From an uncultured Anaerolineaceae bacterium (GTDB lineage: Bacteria; Chloroflexota; Anaerolineae; Anaerolineales; Anaerolineaceae), in assembly GCA_937863605.1 (NCBI GenBank), contig CALMGN010000035.1, positions 1 through 60,329 on the forward strand: 60,329 bases of DNA, given 5' to 3'. Position numbers and translations under genes: made by a program. Positions 10,101 through 17,668 of the stretch are shown in pieces; the stretch's first letter is position 1, and each line of letters begins with the position of its first letter. The notes under the pieces are model-generated. The model saw only the letters and a program-made list of their open reading frames with translations. It ran no database searches and had not been told where the DNA came from.

Positions 10101-12575
10101 CTCGACTTGGCCCAGGTTTAAGGCAGATCGGCCCAGGCCAGCTTGCATGCGCCAGTACCATTCTTCTTGAACAGCCTCAGGCAGCTCCATTAACTGGCTG
10201 TACGCTCCAAACGCAGGTTCGTTCTCGCCGCGCAGCAGCAGAACCTCAGCGGTCAACAGACGCGCTTCGAAATATTGCGGCTGCAAAGCAACTGCCTTTT
10301 GTAAGGCATGGAAGGCTTTGGTCATCTTGTTGAGATCAACAACCAGCTGCTCGCCTGCCAGGTAGGCTGTCGTGTCGCCAATCAGCGACTGGGCGTACAA
10401 CACATACCACTCGGCTTGTGGATTTTCCGACTGCAACGCGATCTCAAGAATGGACAACCCATCCTCGATAACGCCTTCTTTAAGCAGCAATTTCGCATGC
10501 AGAAAAGCCAGTTCATCGTGCACGCGCCATCTACCACGCGCCTTTTCAACCACTACCAGGGCTTCCTGCTTGTAGCCTAGCGTAATTAGCGCCTCTGCCA
10601 GTGCCAGCGCAATTTGAACCGATTCCGGAGCAAGCCGGGCAGACTGCCGCAAGAATGGCAGCGCTTCGGACATTTGATTGTTGTCAAGGTACGCTTTGCC
10701 AAGGGCGTAATGCAGTTCGGCTGAATCCGGGGCGGTCAACACCGCTGCCCGCAGCGTTTCCAGCATCTGCTGGTTGTCGCCCTTGCGGCGGTAGGCTTCT
10801 GCCAGCTCAAACCAGGGCATATATTCTTCCGGGATGAGCCCGATGGCTTTTGACAAATGGGCAATTGCTGTGTTCAGGTCGCCCTGCGCCAGGGCTGCTT
10901 TCCCCATCAGAGTGAAAGCCATGCCGTGGTCGGGGTTTTCCGCTAAAATTTTCTCGCAAATAGCGTAAACTTCGATAAATTCCTGGGCGCTAATCGCGGT
11001 CGCAGCCAGAGCCAGTTCGTCATCGATTACCGGAGATTGCCCCATTTTGACAACCTTACGGCGTTCTTCGAGAGCAGAATTCCAATCTTCACGGTCTTCC
11101 CAGACCTCGGCCAGCTTGCGCAGGTGCTCGGGTTCGTCAGGCTGCAACAGGATGGCGCGTAATCGGTAATTGACTGATTTTTCATCGTCGCCCAACCCAT
11201 GGCTTGCTTCAGCCAGCCAGTCGAGCAGCTTGACATCTTCCGGGCGACCCGCAAGGAATCGCTCCGCCGCCTGAATTGCCTCAGCGTGCAGCCCCTGACT
11301 GGTCAGCGATGCGAGCAAGCCGCTGGGATCCCAGTCGTAAATAAATTGACCTTTTAACTCGACCGGATTCCGATCGATTTCATCCAACCAGGTGTTAACC
11401 GCGTTACGGGCAACGTCCTGACCTTCCCGGGTATCACTGGAGGCAGATTTCGGAGCATGTTTGCTCAAGCGGGCGGCGATGGTTTCACTGTTATTTGGCA
11501 AGCCAGCCAGGCTTCCGTTAATGATTCCGTTGCCAACTGCGAACATGGCTTCATTTTGCAGTTGAGTTGATACCGGCATCTGCGCCATCAAGTTAGCGCA
11601 TTCCTGATAAAACGCGTCATTGGCCTTGCCTTCGCCGTCTAGGACGGTTGCCATTTGCAAGGTCGCACCGGCTAGCCAGTGCTGCAGCAGCTTACGGGTC
11701 TTATCCAGGTAGATACCTGCTTGAAGCGGCCGGCCAGCGATCTGGTACAGGGTGGCTGCCAGTTGATTGTCCAGCATCTTGCGCGACGCGGTTACCCACT
11801 CAGCATGGTCAGGCTGGAAAGGTTCCTCCAGTCCCGCGAAAAAGTCTCGTCCGGTGACCAGCAGTTGATCTGCAATTCCCGAAGCCAGCGCAAAGCGGCC
11901 TTTGCCGGACAGATAGCGCAGCCATTCCACCTGGTATTCGACCACCAGCTGACTCATAAGATCATGGAACATCTTGACCTGGGTCTGGGTCTCCAGCGGG
12001 TTGCTCAAAATAATATGTGAAATCCAATCAATGGCCGGGTGCATGAAATCTTGTGGCAGCAGCGATTCCAGGAAATCCCATTTGTCCGGAATCATGCCGT
12101 ACAGGCAAGCCAGCGGGGTTTGCCACAATTCAACCAGGCTGGTTGCGGTTATGGTTTGCACCGAGAGCAGCTCGCCCAAAAATCCACGCCAGGACTGCGT
12201 TTTGCGGCGGCGTTCGCGCATCGCTAACGCCAGCAAGCCAGCCTGGGCCAGGCTGGCCGGCGGTTGACCATTGCGCAGTGTATTTTCCAATAACTCTAAC
12301 GCTTGCTTACGCAGCGTAACTTCGATTCCCGGGATATGTTCCGCGGTTAAATCCGCAAAACTGACCCGGTTGCCAAGCGGCCGTAAAGCCAGGCTGGCCG
12401 GGCTCCAGGATGTCGGGATGACACTTTCATCCGATAACACTGAATGCAAAAATTCTGGCTGTTGGAGAGAATTCCACACCAACGCATCTTCCGATAAAGC
12501 AGCCAGCACATACGGCGCATCCGCTGGAGACAAGACCCGCCTGAGCCCAATCAATATTTCCGCAGGTTGCATCAT
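7128..12575 (-). CDS. Very large tetratricopeptide-repeat protein (1815 aa)
   Basis: Many TPR-type repeats from about aa 430 to the C-terminus (e.g. AYLDLGRVYTNRRDFSQALTAYQQAMRTAPDD). The N-terminal ~420 aa are helical and unrecognised. Confidence 0.88.
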   Translation of the reverse strand: MMQPAEILIGLRRVLSPADAPYVLAALSEDALVWNSLQQPEFLHSVLSDESVIPTSWSPASLALRPLGNRVSFADLTAEHIPGIEVTLRKQALELLENTLRNGQPPASLAQAGLLALAMRERRRKTQSWRGFLGELLSVQTITATSLVELWQTPLACLYGMIPDKWDFLESLLPQDFMHPAIDWISHIILSNPLETQTQVKMFHDLMSQLVVEYQVEWLRYLSGKGRFALASGIADQLLVTGRDFFAGLEEPFQPDHAEWVTASRKMLDNQLAATLYQIAGRPLQAGIYLDKTRKLLQHWLAGATLQMATVLDGEGKANDAFYQECANLMAQMPVSTQLQNEAMFAVGNGIINGSLAGLPNNSETIAARLSKHAPKSASSDTREGQDVARNAVNTWLDEIDRNPVELKGQFIYDWDPSGLLASLTSQGLHAEAIQAAERFLAGRPEDVKLLDWLAEASHGLGDDEKSVNYRLRAILLQPDEPEHLRKLAEVWEDREDWNSALEERRKVVKMGQSPVIDDELALAATAISAQEFIEVYAICEKILAENPDHGMAFTLMGKAALAQGDLNTAIAHLSKAIGLIPEEYMPWFELAEAYRRKGDNQQMLETLRAAVLTAPDSAELHYALGKAYLDNNQMSEALPFLRQSARLAPESVQIALALAEALITLGYKQEALVVVEKARGRWRVHDELAFLHAKLLLKEGVIEDGLSILEIALQSENPQAEWYVLYAQSLIGDTTAYLAGEQLVVDLNKMTKAFHALQKAVALQPQYFEARLLTAEVLLLRGENEPAFGAYSQLMELPEAVQEEWYWRMQAGLGRSALNLGQVETALASLQNAVTANPESIGLNRLLADAFAEGNLAEAAAAAAEQTLALAPDDVSNLTWYANLMVRIHQLDKAIQGLKAAVEVQPDAVELRLSLAEALLANDNPEASRMELSNVVDNTSVTVAQLRKAAHIFLQMEDTTSALSTLEKAVEVSGEPEATLLFELAVLNKNDNKYDQSLDLTQRAIRANPTEAVYYTFQSDLQDKLNRTQAALTSLEHALQLSESAKTSGSQPVVKTAHSLAPFAIASSPVDIHQRFTRLLQKVDNLSEALAHAEKAIELEPGNAEYRFAGADLAAKLLQDDRALALAAVDYEPTEINENNPWMGGLISLQAEYALEHGDVHLAYRKINEGLQFDPDGTRLLAARVRVMVRTGDSAEAEELYADLWRRVRPALKGKSIRTDHDQLPVITPDSTLLGLAEAAAELYRWADAIQLLDSVVRRQPAQPLALMRLSRAMVRAAEWYLTGSALGCETHLPEKSVVSEAAYTRFTQSITELRKLNNATEIERWKVRGEAVFQPSPASVRGFAALSMTGEDAAALVMALNRTGNPEGACQVGEQFNDHAQVCIQLASVQLDNKLDFNQQSALRAVALEPKNPVCHITLAKTSEKSGDIGRALEAVETALIYWPNEAGWQHWAATLALQSNEPEAAKNHLEKTMELMPANLTVALELGAVFQTLQDAPKAVGVLAKAVQIAPTHAPAWLNYGRALFANKQYADALKAAGQAGQHSGDDTYKALVLSGEILLAAGDDRKAMDYARDAEKMAPMVPETRLLSSKILVARGKDKEALATLNKAVEELPGTLVLESERARLIYRLHGAEAAVQVLQPLAERYPDNDQVISTYAAALAETGRAAEAEKAALLALRLDPQKAEIHLLLGRLFADSGQLDKSVHHLTESARLAPNQSDAYLDLGRVYTNRRDFSQALTAYQQAMRTAPDDYRSFYQAGLILRDGKDYPAAESMLRRAANLAPSDVNIRRQLGAIVALNLVHNCQEANSCL

Positions 12576-12622
12576 CGCTCCTGTTCTCTAATGGGAGGAA
12601 ACAAACGTCAAAAACGCACTGG

Positions 12623-12952
12623 CTATCGGAGCTGAAGTGCCAGACCGTACGAGGCCGCCAGCAGCAGCAATCCGATGATGATCAGGAAGACGCCAATGCC
12701 AGCGGCTGATTTAATCAATCCGTTCAACGATTCAACCAGCGTTGACGCATTGCCAACCAGTCCGGCAACCTCTTCCGCGATCCCTTTTTGAGCCAGCGTG
12801 GCTGTTTGCTCGGCAATTTTGCGTATATCGCCGCCCAGCACCCGCGAGATCAGGACGATTACCCCGATAATGATCAAAAGGACGCCGATAATCAATGCAA
12901 TCCCTGCCAAAATCAGGAAAAACTCAGTTGAAGTCAATTCTAAAAAGTTCAT
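12623..12952 (-). CDS. Small membrane protein: two TM segments flanking an amphipathic/coiled-coil helix
   Basis: Hydrophobic FFLILAGIALIIGVLLIIIGVIVLI and IGVFLIIIGLLLLAASYGLAL. Start reassigned to the ATG at 12952, 6 nt after AGGAGG, because the longer ORF start would overlap the sigma54 promoter. Confidence 0.75.
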   Translation of the reverse strand: MNFLELTSTEFFLILAGIALIIGVLLIIIGVIVLISRVLGGDIRKIAEQTATLAQKGIAEEVAGLVGNASTLVESLNGLIKSAAGIGVFLIIIGLLLLAASYGLALQLR

Positions 12953-12986
12953 TCCCATCCTCCTATACTCTGTCAGATGGGAATGA

Positions 12987-13002
12987 TGCAAGTAACGTGC
13001 CA
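12987..13002 (-). promoter_or_regulatory. Sigma54 -24/-12 promoter for the TM-TPR-protease operon
   Basis: Minus strand TGGCACGTTACTTGCA matches TGGCAC-N5-TTGC with the canonical 10-nt GG-to-GC spacing. It is intergenic, ~35 nt upstream of the start codon. Confidence 0.88.
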
Positions 13003-13017
13003 GATTATTTATTCTGC

Positions 13018-14190
13018 CTAATTTTTATGGGCGATATCGGATGGCAAATCGGGCAGGTCGATCGTTTGGCCGTCGCTGAACAGGATCGCATGTTCAATGG
13101 CGTGACTTAGTTCGCGGATATTGCCTGGCCAATTGTATTTCATCAAGGCTTCCATGGCGCGCGGGGTTACATTTTCAACATTCTGCCCCATCCTGACATT
13201 GCGCCGGCGTAGGAAAAACCCAACCAATTCCGGAATATCATCTTTTCGTTCGCGTAGCGGCGGCAGATGCAGATCCACCACTTTCAGGCGGTAATAGAGG
13301 TCTGAGCGGAACTGCTCTGAAGCGATCATATCCTTCAGGTTACGGTTGCTGGCTGCCAGCAGTTGGACATCGACCTTAATCAAGGTAGTGCCGCCCACCC
13401 GCCGGAAAGCGCTCTCTTCAATCACGCGCAGCAGTTTGGCTTGCATATCCAATGGCATGGACGAAATTTCATCCAGGAAAAGCACGCCGCCATCTGCCAC
13501 CTCCATCAAGCCGTGCTTGCGTTTCTCTGCGCTGGTGAACGCTCCAGCCTCATAGCCAAATAATTCCGATTCCAATACCGTGCTCTGAATGGCAGCGCAA
13601 TTGATGGCGATATAGGGTTTATTTGCACGCGGTCCGCTGGCATGGATGTATTGTGCCAGAATATCTTTGCCGACCCCGGTCTCGCCTGTGATCAGCACCG
13701 AGACCTGCATTACACCAGCCCGCTGAGCAAATTCCAGCATCCGCGTCACCTCCGGGTTATGCCCCGGGACAAATTCGAGGTTGCTCTTCTGCGTCTCGCG
13801 GAAATGCGCCAGCTCACGCCGCATGCGGACAGTTTCAAAGGCGCGCTGAATGGAGGTCTCCAGTTGATCTAATTTGAACGGCTTGGAGAGAAAATCATGC
13901 GCCCCATTTTTCATCGCATCGACCGCCATTTCAATGTCGCCGTGCGCGGTGATGATGATAATCGGTGGACGCGTCGGCATATTGGCGGTTTCATAGAGCA
14001 AGCTGGGACCGTAACCGTCAGGCAAAGACACATCCAGTACGACGACATCGCCGTCACCCCGTTGTAAAAACTTCCGTGCCTCTGCCAGAGTGGCGGCGCC
14101 CAGCACTTCATAGTTGAGCGGGGTTAAATAATCAGCAATATTCGCACGGGCATTGTCTTCGTCATCGACGACTAAAACGGTAATCGACAT
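13018..14190 (-). CDS. Sigma54-dependent response regulator (REC + AAA+), lacking the C-terminal HTH
   Basis: REC motifs VVDDE, VLDVSLPD, ITAHG, FLSKPF. Walker A GETGVGKD, ESELFGYEAGAFTSA, Walker B LFLDEI, FRSDLYYRL, WPGNIREL. The protein ends ~28 aa after WPGNIREL. Confidence 0.93.
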   Translation of the reverse strand: MSITVLVVDDEDNARANIADYLTPLNYEVLGAATLAEARKFLQRGDGDVVVLDVSLPDGYGPSLLYETANMPTRPPIIIITAHGDIEMAVDAMKNGAHDFLSKPFKLDQLETSIQRAFETVRMRRELAHFRETQKSNLEFVPGHNPEVTRMLEFAQRAGVMQVSVLITGETGVGKDILAQYIHASGPRANKPYIAINCAAIQSTVLESELFGYEAGAFTSAEKRKHGLMEVADGGVLFLDEISSMPLDMQAKLLRVIEESAFRRVGGTTLIKVDVQLLAASNRNLKDMIASEQFRSDLYYRLKVVDLHLPPLRERKDDIPELVGFFLRRRNVRMGQNVENVTPRAMEALMKYNWPGNIRELSHAIEHAILFSDGQTIDLPDLPSDIAHKN

Positions 14191-16142
14191 CAGGCTTTGT
14201 CCTCAATGGTAGGTAGGGTTACAGTGAAAACGGTACCGCCTGGGAAAGTGTTGACCGAAATAACCCCGCGGTGGGCGGTGACAATACGCTTGGTAATCGC
14301 CAATCCAAGACCTGTACCGGTCGATTTGGTGGTGACAAACGGCTCAAAAATTCTCCCCCGAATTTCATCGGGAATGCCGGGCCCGTTATCTGAAACCGCA
14401 ATTTCAACCTGCTTCCGATTGGCGCCATCCGTAGTCACACCAAGTCTCACCGAGAGTATACCGCCATTTTGGCTCATTGCGTCGGTGGCGTTGCTCACCA
14501 GGTTGGTAAACACCTGCTCCAGGGCTCGCCAATCTCCCATTACCTTCGGCAAGCCATCCGGCACCTGGTAGACCGGTGACACGTTTACCCGCGACATGCG
14601 CGGACGCCAACGTTCAATGATGCGCATGATCAGATTGCCCATTTCCACCGGTTCCTGGAAGGGCTCGTACGGTTTGGCGTAGCTCTTAAGCACTTCCATC
14701 TGGTGATGCAGGCGCTGGCAATCATTCTCCATGCGGTTGATCAGGTCAATGCTGGGGTGATCCGGACCCAGTCGGCGCGCTAGCACCTGGGCGCCGGTGG
14801 AAATACTATTGATCGGGTTAAGCACCTCATGCGCGAATACGCCCATGAATTCACCCAGCAGTGCGCGCTGCTCCAGTTGACGAGTCTGGGTGCGAATTTG
14901 TTCATGTTCGCTAATATCGCGGAAAATGACCACCACCCCGGCTATGCGCCCGTCAGATTCGTAGGACAGCACGTTTACATCTGCCGGGAAGGTCTGCCCG
15001 TCACGGTGATGCAGGGTAATGCTCTCCAGGTTTGGGGTGGAAATCCCTTCAGCGGCACTGGCTAAAACTGCTGCAATGCGGTCCGGGCTGATGAGGATAT
15101 TTTCGACCGGTTGTCCGGTGACTTCATGGTCGGTGTATCCCAGGATCAGTTCCCCCGCCGGGTTAATCGCAGCGATGGTCAAATCCGGGTTCAAGACCAG
15201 AATGCCATCCTGGACGTATTCATACATGACCTCACGTGCGGTGGTTTTCCGGGAGCTTTCATGGATCTCTATCGATAAATTTTCGCTCCGGATGGATTGC
15301 TCGTAAGCCATGCTGATGTAAGACCCAAGCAGCTCCATCAATGCCACCAGCAGCGGTGGGGGCTGCGAATCGATGCCGCCAACCACCAGTAGGCCGATGG
15401 CAGCTCTCGGGTCACCCAGAGCTACCGACGCCACGTAAAACAATCCGCCAATCCGCGCCGAGCGGTGCAATTCGGTGACCACCCGTTTGCCTGGCACCCA
15501 GACGTTGGAACCCGCCAGGCGGATCAGGTCGCTGGCAGGCAAGGTTTCAGGAAAAAAGGCAATCCGTTCCTCGGTCTTGACTTTGCTCAGCTCAGGGGCG
15601 TCATTTTGTGCGTGATAGATGCATACCAGATTGGTATCGAATAGCTCGCCTGGGATGGCGATCATCTGGCTCAAAGCTTGATCGAGCTCCTGTCCGCGCG
15701 CGATTCCGGGCAGGGTTTTAAGGATATGGATGATCTTTTCCTGCCACTCGCGGGTGTTGGTTTGATGCTCCACCAGCGGGGTAATGCGCAGCACGTACCA
15801 TTGACTGGCAGCCTCGACCTGGGTGAAACGCACAACCACCGGCAGGGTCGGCCGGTTGCGTAATTTCAGGGACAATTGGATAGCTTCCCCGGTATCGAGC
15901 GCAGTAGGATCAAAATTTTCGAACAGGGCTACATCGGGAGTGTTAGCCACTTCTGCAGCCGAGTAGGCAGTCAATACCAGGAAGGGGCTGTTGGCATGTA
16001 AAAAGCGACCCTGGGCGGCGTCGTACAGCAGCGCAGGGTCATCTACCAAATCCAATAGCATCCGAGCCAGGTGCCCCGGGTCAATTTTTTGTGCTGGTTT
16101 GCCCCATAAGGCCTGGAAAGGAGATGAAGATTTTTCTCTCAT
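14190..16142 (-). CDS. Soluble PAS/GAF-like/PAS sensor histidine kinase
   Basis: H-box FAHEVLNPI, N-box QVFTNLVSNATDA, DNGPGI, FEPFVTTK and GTGLGL. PAS motif DGILVLNPDLTIAAINPAGELILGY. No TM segment. Stop overlaps the regulator ATG. Confidence 0.92.
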   Translation of the reverse strand: MREKSSSPFQALWGKPAQKIDPGHLARMLLDLVDDPALLYDAAQGRFLHANSPFLVLTAYSAAEVANTPDVALFENFDPTALDTGEAIQLSLKLRNRPTLPVVVRFTQVEAASQWYVLRITPLVEHQTNTREWQEKIIHILKTLPGIARGQELDQALSQMIAIPGELFDTNLVCIYHAQNDAPELSKVKTEERIAFFPETLPASDLIRLAGSNVWVPGKRVVTELHRSARIGGLFYVASVALGDPRAAIGLLVVGGIDSQPPPLLVALMELLGSYISMAYEQSIRSENLSIEIHESSRKTTAREVMYEYVQDGILVLNPDLTIAAINPAGELILGYTDHEVTGQPVENILISPDRIAAVLASAAEGISTPNLESITLHHRDGQTFPADVNVLSYESDGRIAGVVVIFRDISEHEQIRTQTRQLEQRALLGEFMGVFAHEVLNPINSISTGAQVLARRLGPDHPSIDLINRMENDCQRLHHQMEVLKSYAKPYEPFQEPVEMGNLIMRIIERWRPRMSRVNVSPVYQVPDGLPKVMGDWRALEQVFTNLVSNATDAMSQNGGILSVRLGVTTDGANRKQVEIAVSDNGPGIPDEIRGRIFEPFVTTKSTGTGLGLAITKRIVTAHRGVISVNTFPGGTVFTVTLPTIEDKA

Positions 16143-16151
16143 GGAATGGGA

Positions 16152-17555
16152 TTAGCCAGAAAGTGAGACTCGGCGAAGATGCGCCGGTAAAATTCCTTCC
16201 ATGGCCCGGTACTTGGCAACTGTGCGGCGAGCGACGTCGTAACCTTGCGTGGACAACATCACAGCCAATTGAGAATCACTTAATGGGTTGCGTTCAACCT
16301 CAATCAGCTCGCGCAGCGCAGTCCGCACATTCAAACTCCGGTCAAAGAAGGAGGCCAATGGAATGATGCGCTTATTGGGTAATTGTACCGTTTTATTTGA
16401 AACTGCGCGCGAAATTGTGCTCTCGTGTACTTCTAATTCTACCGATAACTTCGCCCTGGTGAGCGGTTTGATATAGCGGTCGCCACGCGTAACATAATCA
16501 CGCTGAAAAACCACTACATTGTGCATCAAACGCTGCATGGTGTGGTTGCGCTGCTGAAGGCATTTGACAAATAACGCCGCCCGGTCCAGTTCGGACTTCA
16601 TGCCTTCTTTAGCTTCTTCGCTCGCCTGGCGGGTAGCCTGGCGGAAGAGCTGATTGATGCGTAGCGTCCCGCGAATCGGCATGATGATCTCGACCACCAG
16701 GGGATTGTCGGGGATGTCATTTAAATAACTGATGATGATGTCGGGATAATAGTAGGTTTGTCCGCCGCTGGAGGACGGCTGCCGGACGTCACCCCAATGC
16801 GCGCGGCCTGGGAAGGGGTTCAGGTTTTCACTGATGAACTTAACCGCCTCTTGAATTTGTGCCAGGGTGGTTTTCAACATTCGGGCCAATTCAGGGTACT
16901 GATGGCGGCTGAGCTGGTCCATGCCCTGACGGACAATGGCGCCAGCCATCGCCGGGACATAGCGCGATTCGCTTAGCACATCCAACTGCACCAGCAAAGC
17001 TTCCTGCGGTGTGTACGAGCCAACCCCCAATGGGTCAGCCCGCTGGATAATTTTTTGAATGTGTTCAACCTGCGATGGTAGGACATGAAAATAGCGCGCC
17101 ACATCGGTCAGCGGGACAGTCATAAAGCCGTCCTCGTCCAGGTGGGTCAACAGGTAAGCTGCGATTTTGCGGTCATTCAATTCCATGTCCATCGCGATTT
17201 GACGCAAAACATAGGTCGGCAGATCTTCGACAACTGGCGAAAGCGGTTCATCGGGGAAATTTTCTGCGCTTCCGGCGCCGGATGGATAGAAATCTTCGCG
17301 CGGTGAAACGAACACAACCGGTTCGTCACCTGGCTGTGAGCTCGGCCGGCTGCATACCGGACACATTCCCCCGTTTGGCAGCACGCGGTGGCAGCTCGGA
17401 CAGCGGTGCTCCTCCACCAACTCCAATGCCGGATTCGTTAATTCTTTTTGAATTTGCTCGTACAGCTCATCCACTGTCTGGTTGAGCAGGGTCATAGTCT
17501 GCGCCAGGTGGGCTGTGGTTACCGGTCGGATTTGGGTGCGCTGGAGTTGAAACAT
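16152..17555 (-). CDS. rpoN: RNA polymerase sigma-54 factor
   Basis: Gln/Leu-rich region I, NPALE, LDEDGF, DPLGVG, HESTISRA and the RpoN box ARRTVAKYR. Confidence 0.96.
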   Translation of the reverse strand: MFQLQRTQIRPVTTAHLAQTMTLLNQTVDELYEQIQKELTNPALELVEEHRCPSCHRVLPNGGMCPVCSRPSSQPGDEPVVFVSPREDFYPSGAGSAENFPDEPLSPVVEDLPTYVLRQIAMDMELNDRKIAAYLLTHLDEDGFMTVPLTDVARYFHVLPSQVEHIQKIIQRADPLGVGSYTPQEALLVQLDVLSESRYVPAMAGAIVRQGMDQLSRHQYPELARMLKTTLAQIQEAVKFISENLNPFPGRAHWGDVRQPSSSGGQTYYYPDIIISYLNDIPDNPLVVEIIMPIRGTLRINQLFRQATRQASEEAKEGMKSELDRAALFVKCLQQRNHTMQRLMHNVVVFQRDYVTRGDRYIKPLTRAKLSVELEVHESTISRAVSNKTVQLPNKRIIPLASFFDRSLNVRTALRELIEVERNPLSDSQLAVMLSTQGYDVARRTVAKYRAMEGILPAHLRRVSLSG

Positions 17556-17579
17556 GGCATATCCCTATTTTCTAGTGGC

Positions 17580-17608
17580 AGTATACAAGATTAGCCGATT
17601 AGATGCAA
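17580..17608 (-). promoter_or_regulatory. Candidate sigma70-type promoter for rpoN, overlapping the sigma54 site
   Basis: Minus strand TTGCAT (17603-17608), 17-nt spacer, TATACT (17580-17585). Confidence 0.45.
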
Positions 17609-17619
17609 GTTATATGCCA
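17604..17619 (-). promoter_or_regulatory. Sigma54 -24/-12 promoter upstream of rpoN
   Basis: Minus strand TGGCATATAACTTGCA with correct spacing, ~48 nt upstream of the rpoN ATG. Confidence 0.85.
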
Positions 17620-17668
17620 GGTTAATTTACCAGGCTTCATGGTAAAATTTTGACCAGACAGGTAACCT

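Noticed and set aside
12953-12991. Longer N-terminus (MHHSHLTEYRRMG) for the small membrane protein
   Set aside because: That start lies inside the -12 element, and a strong SD supports ATG 12952.
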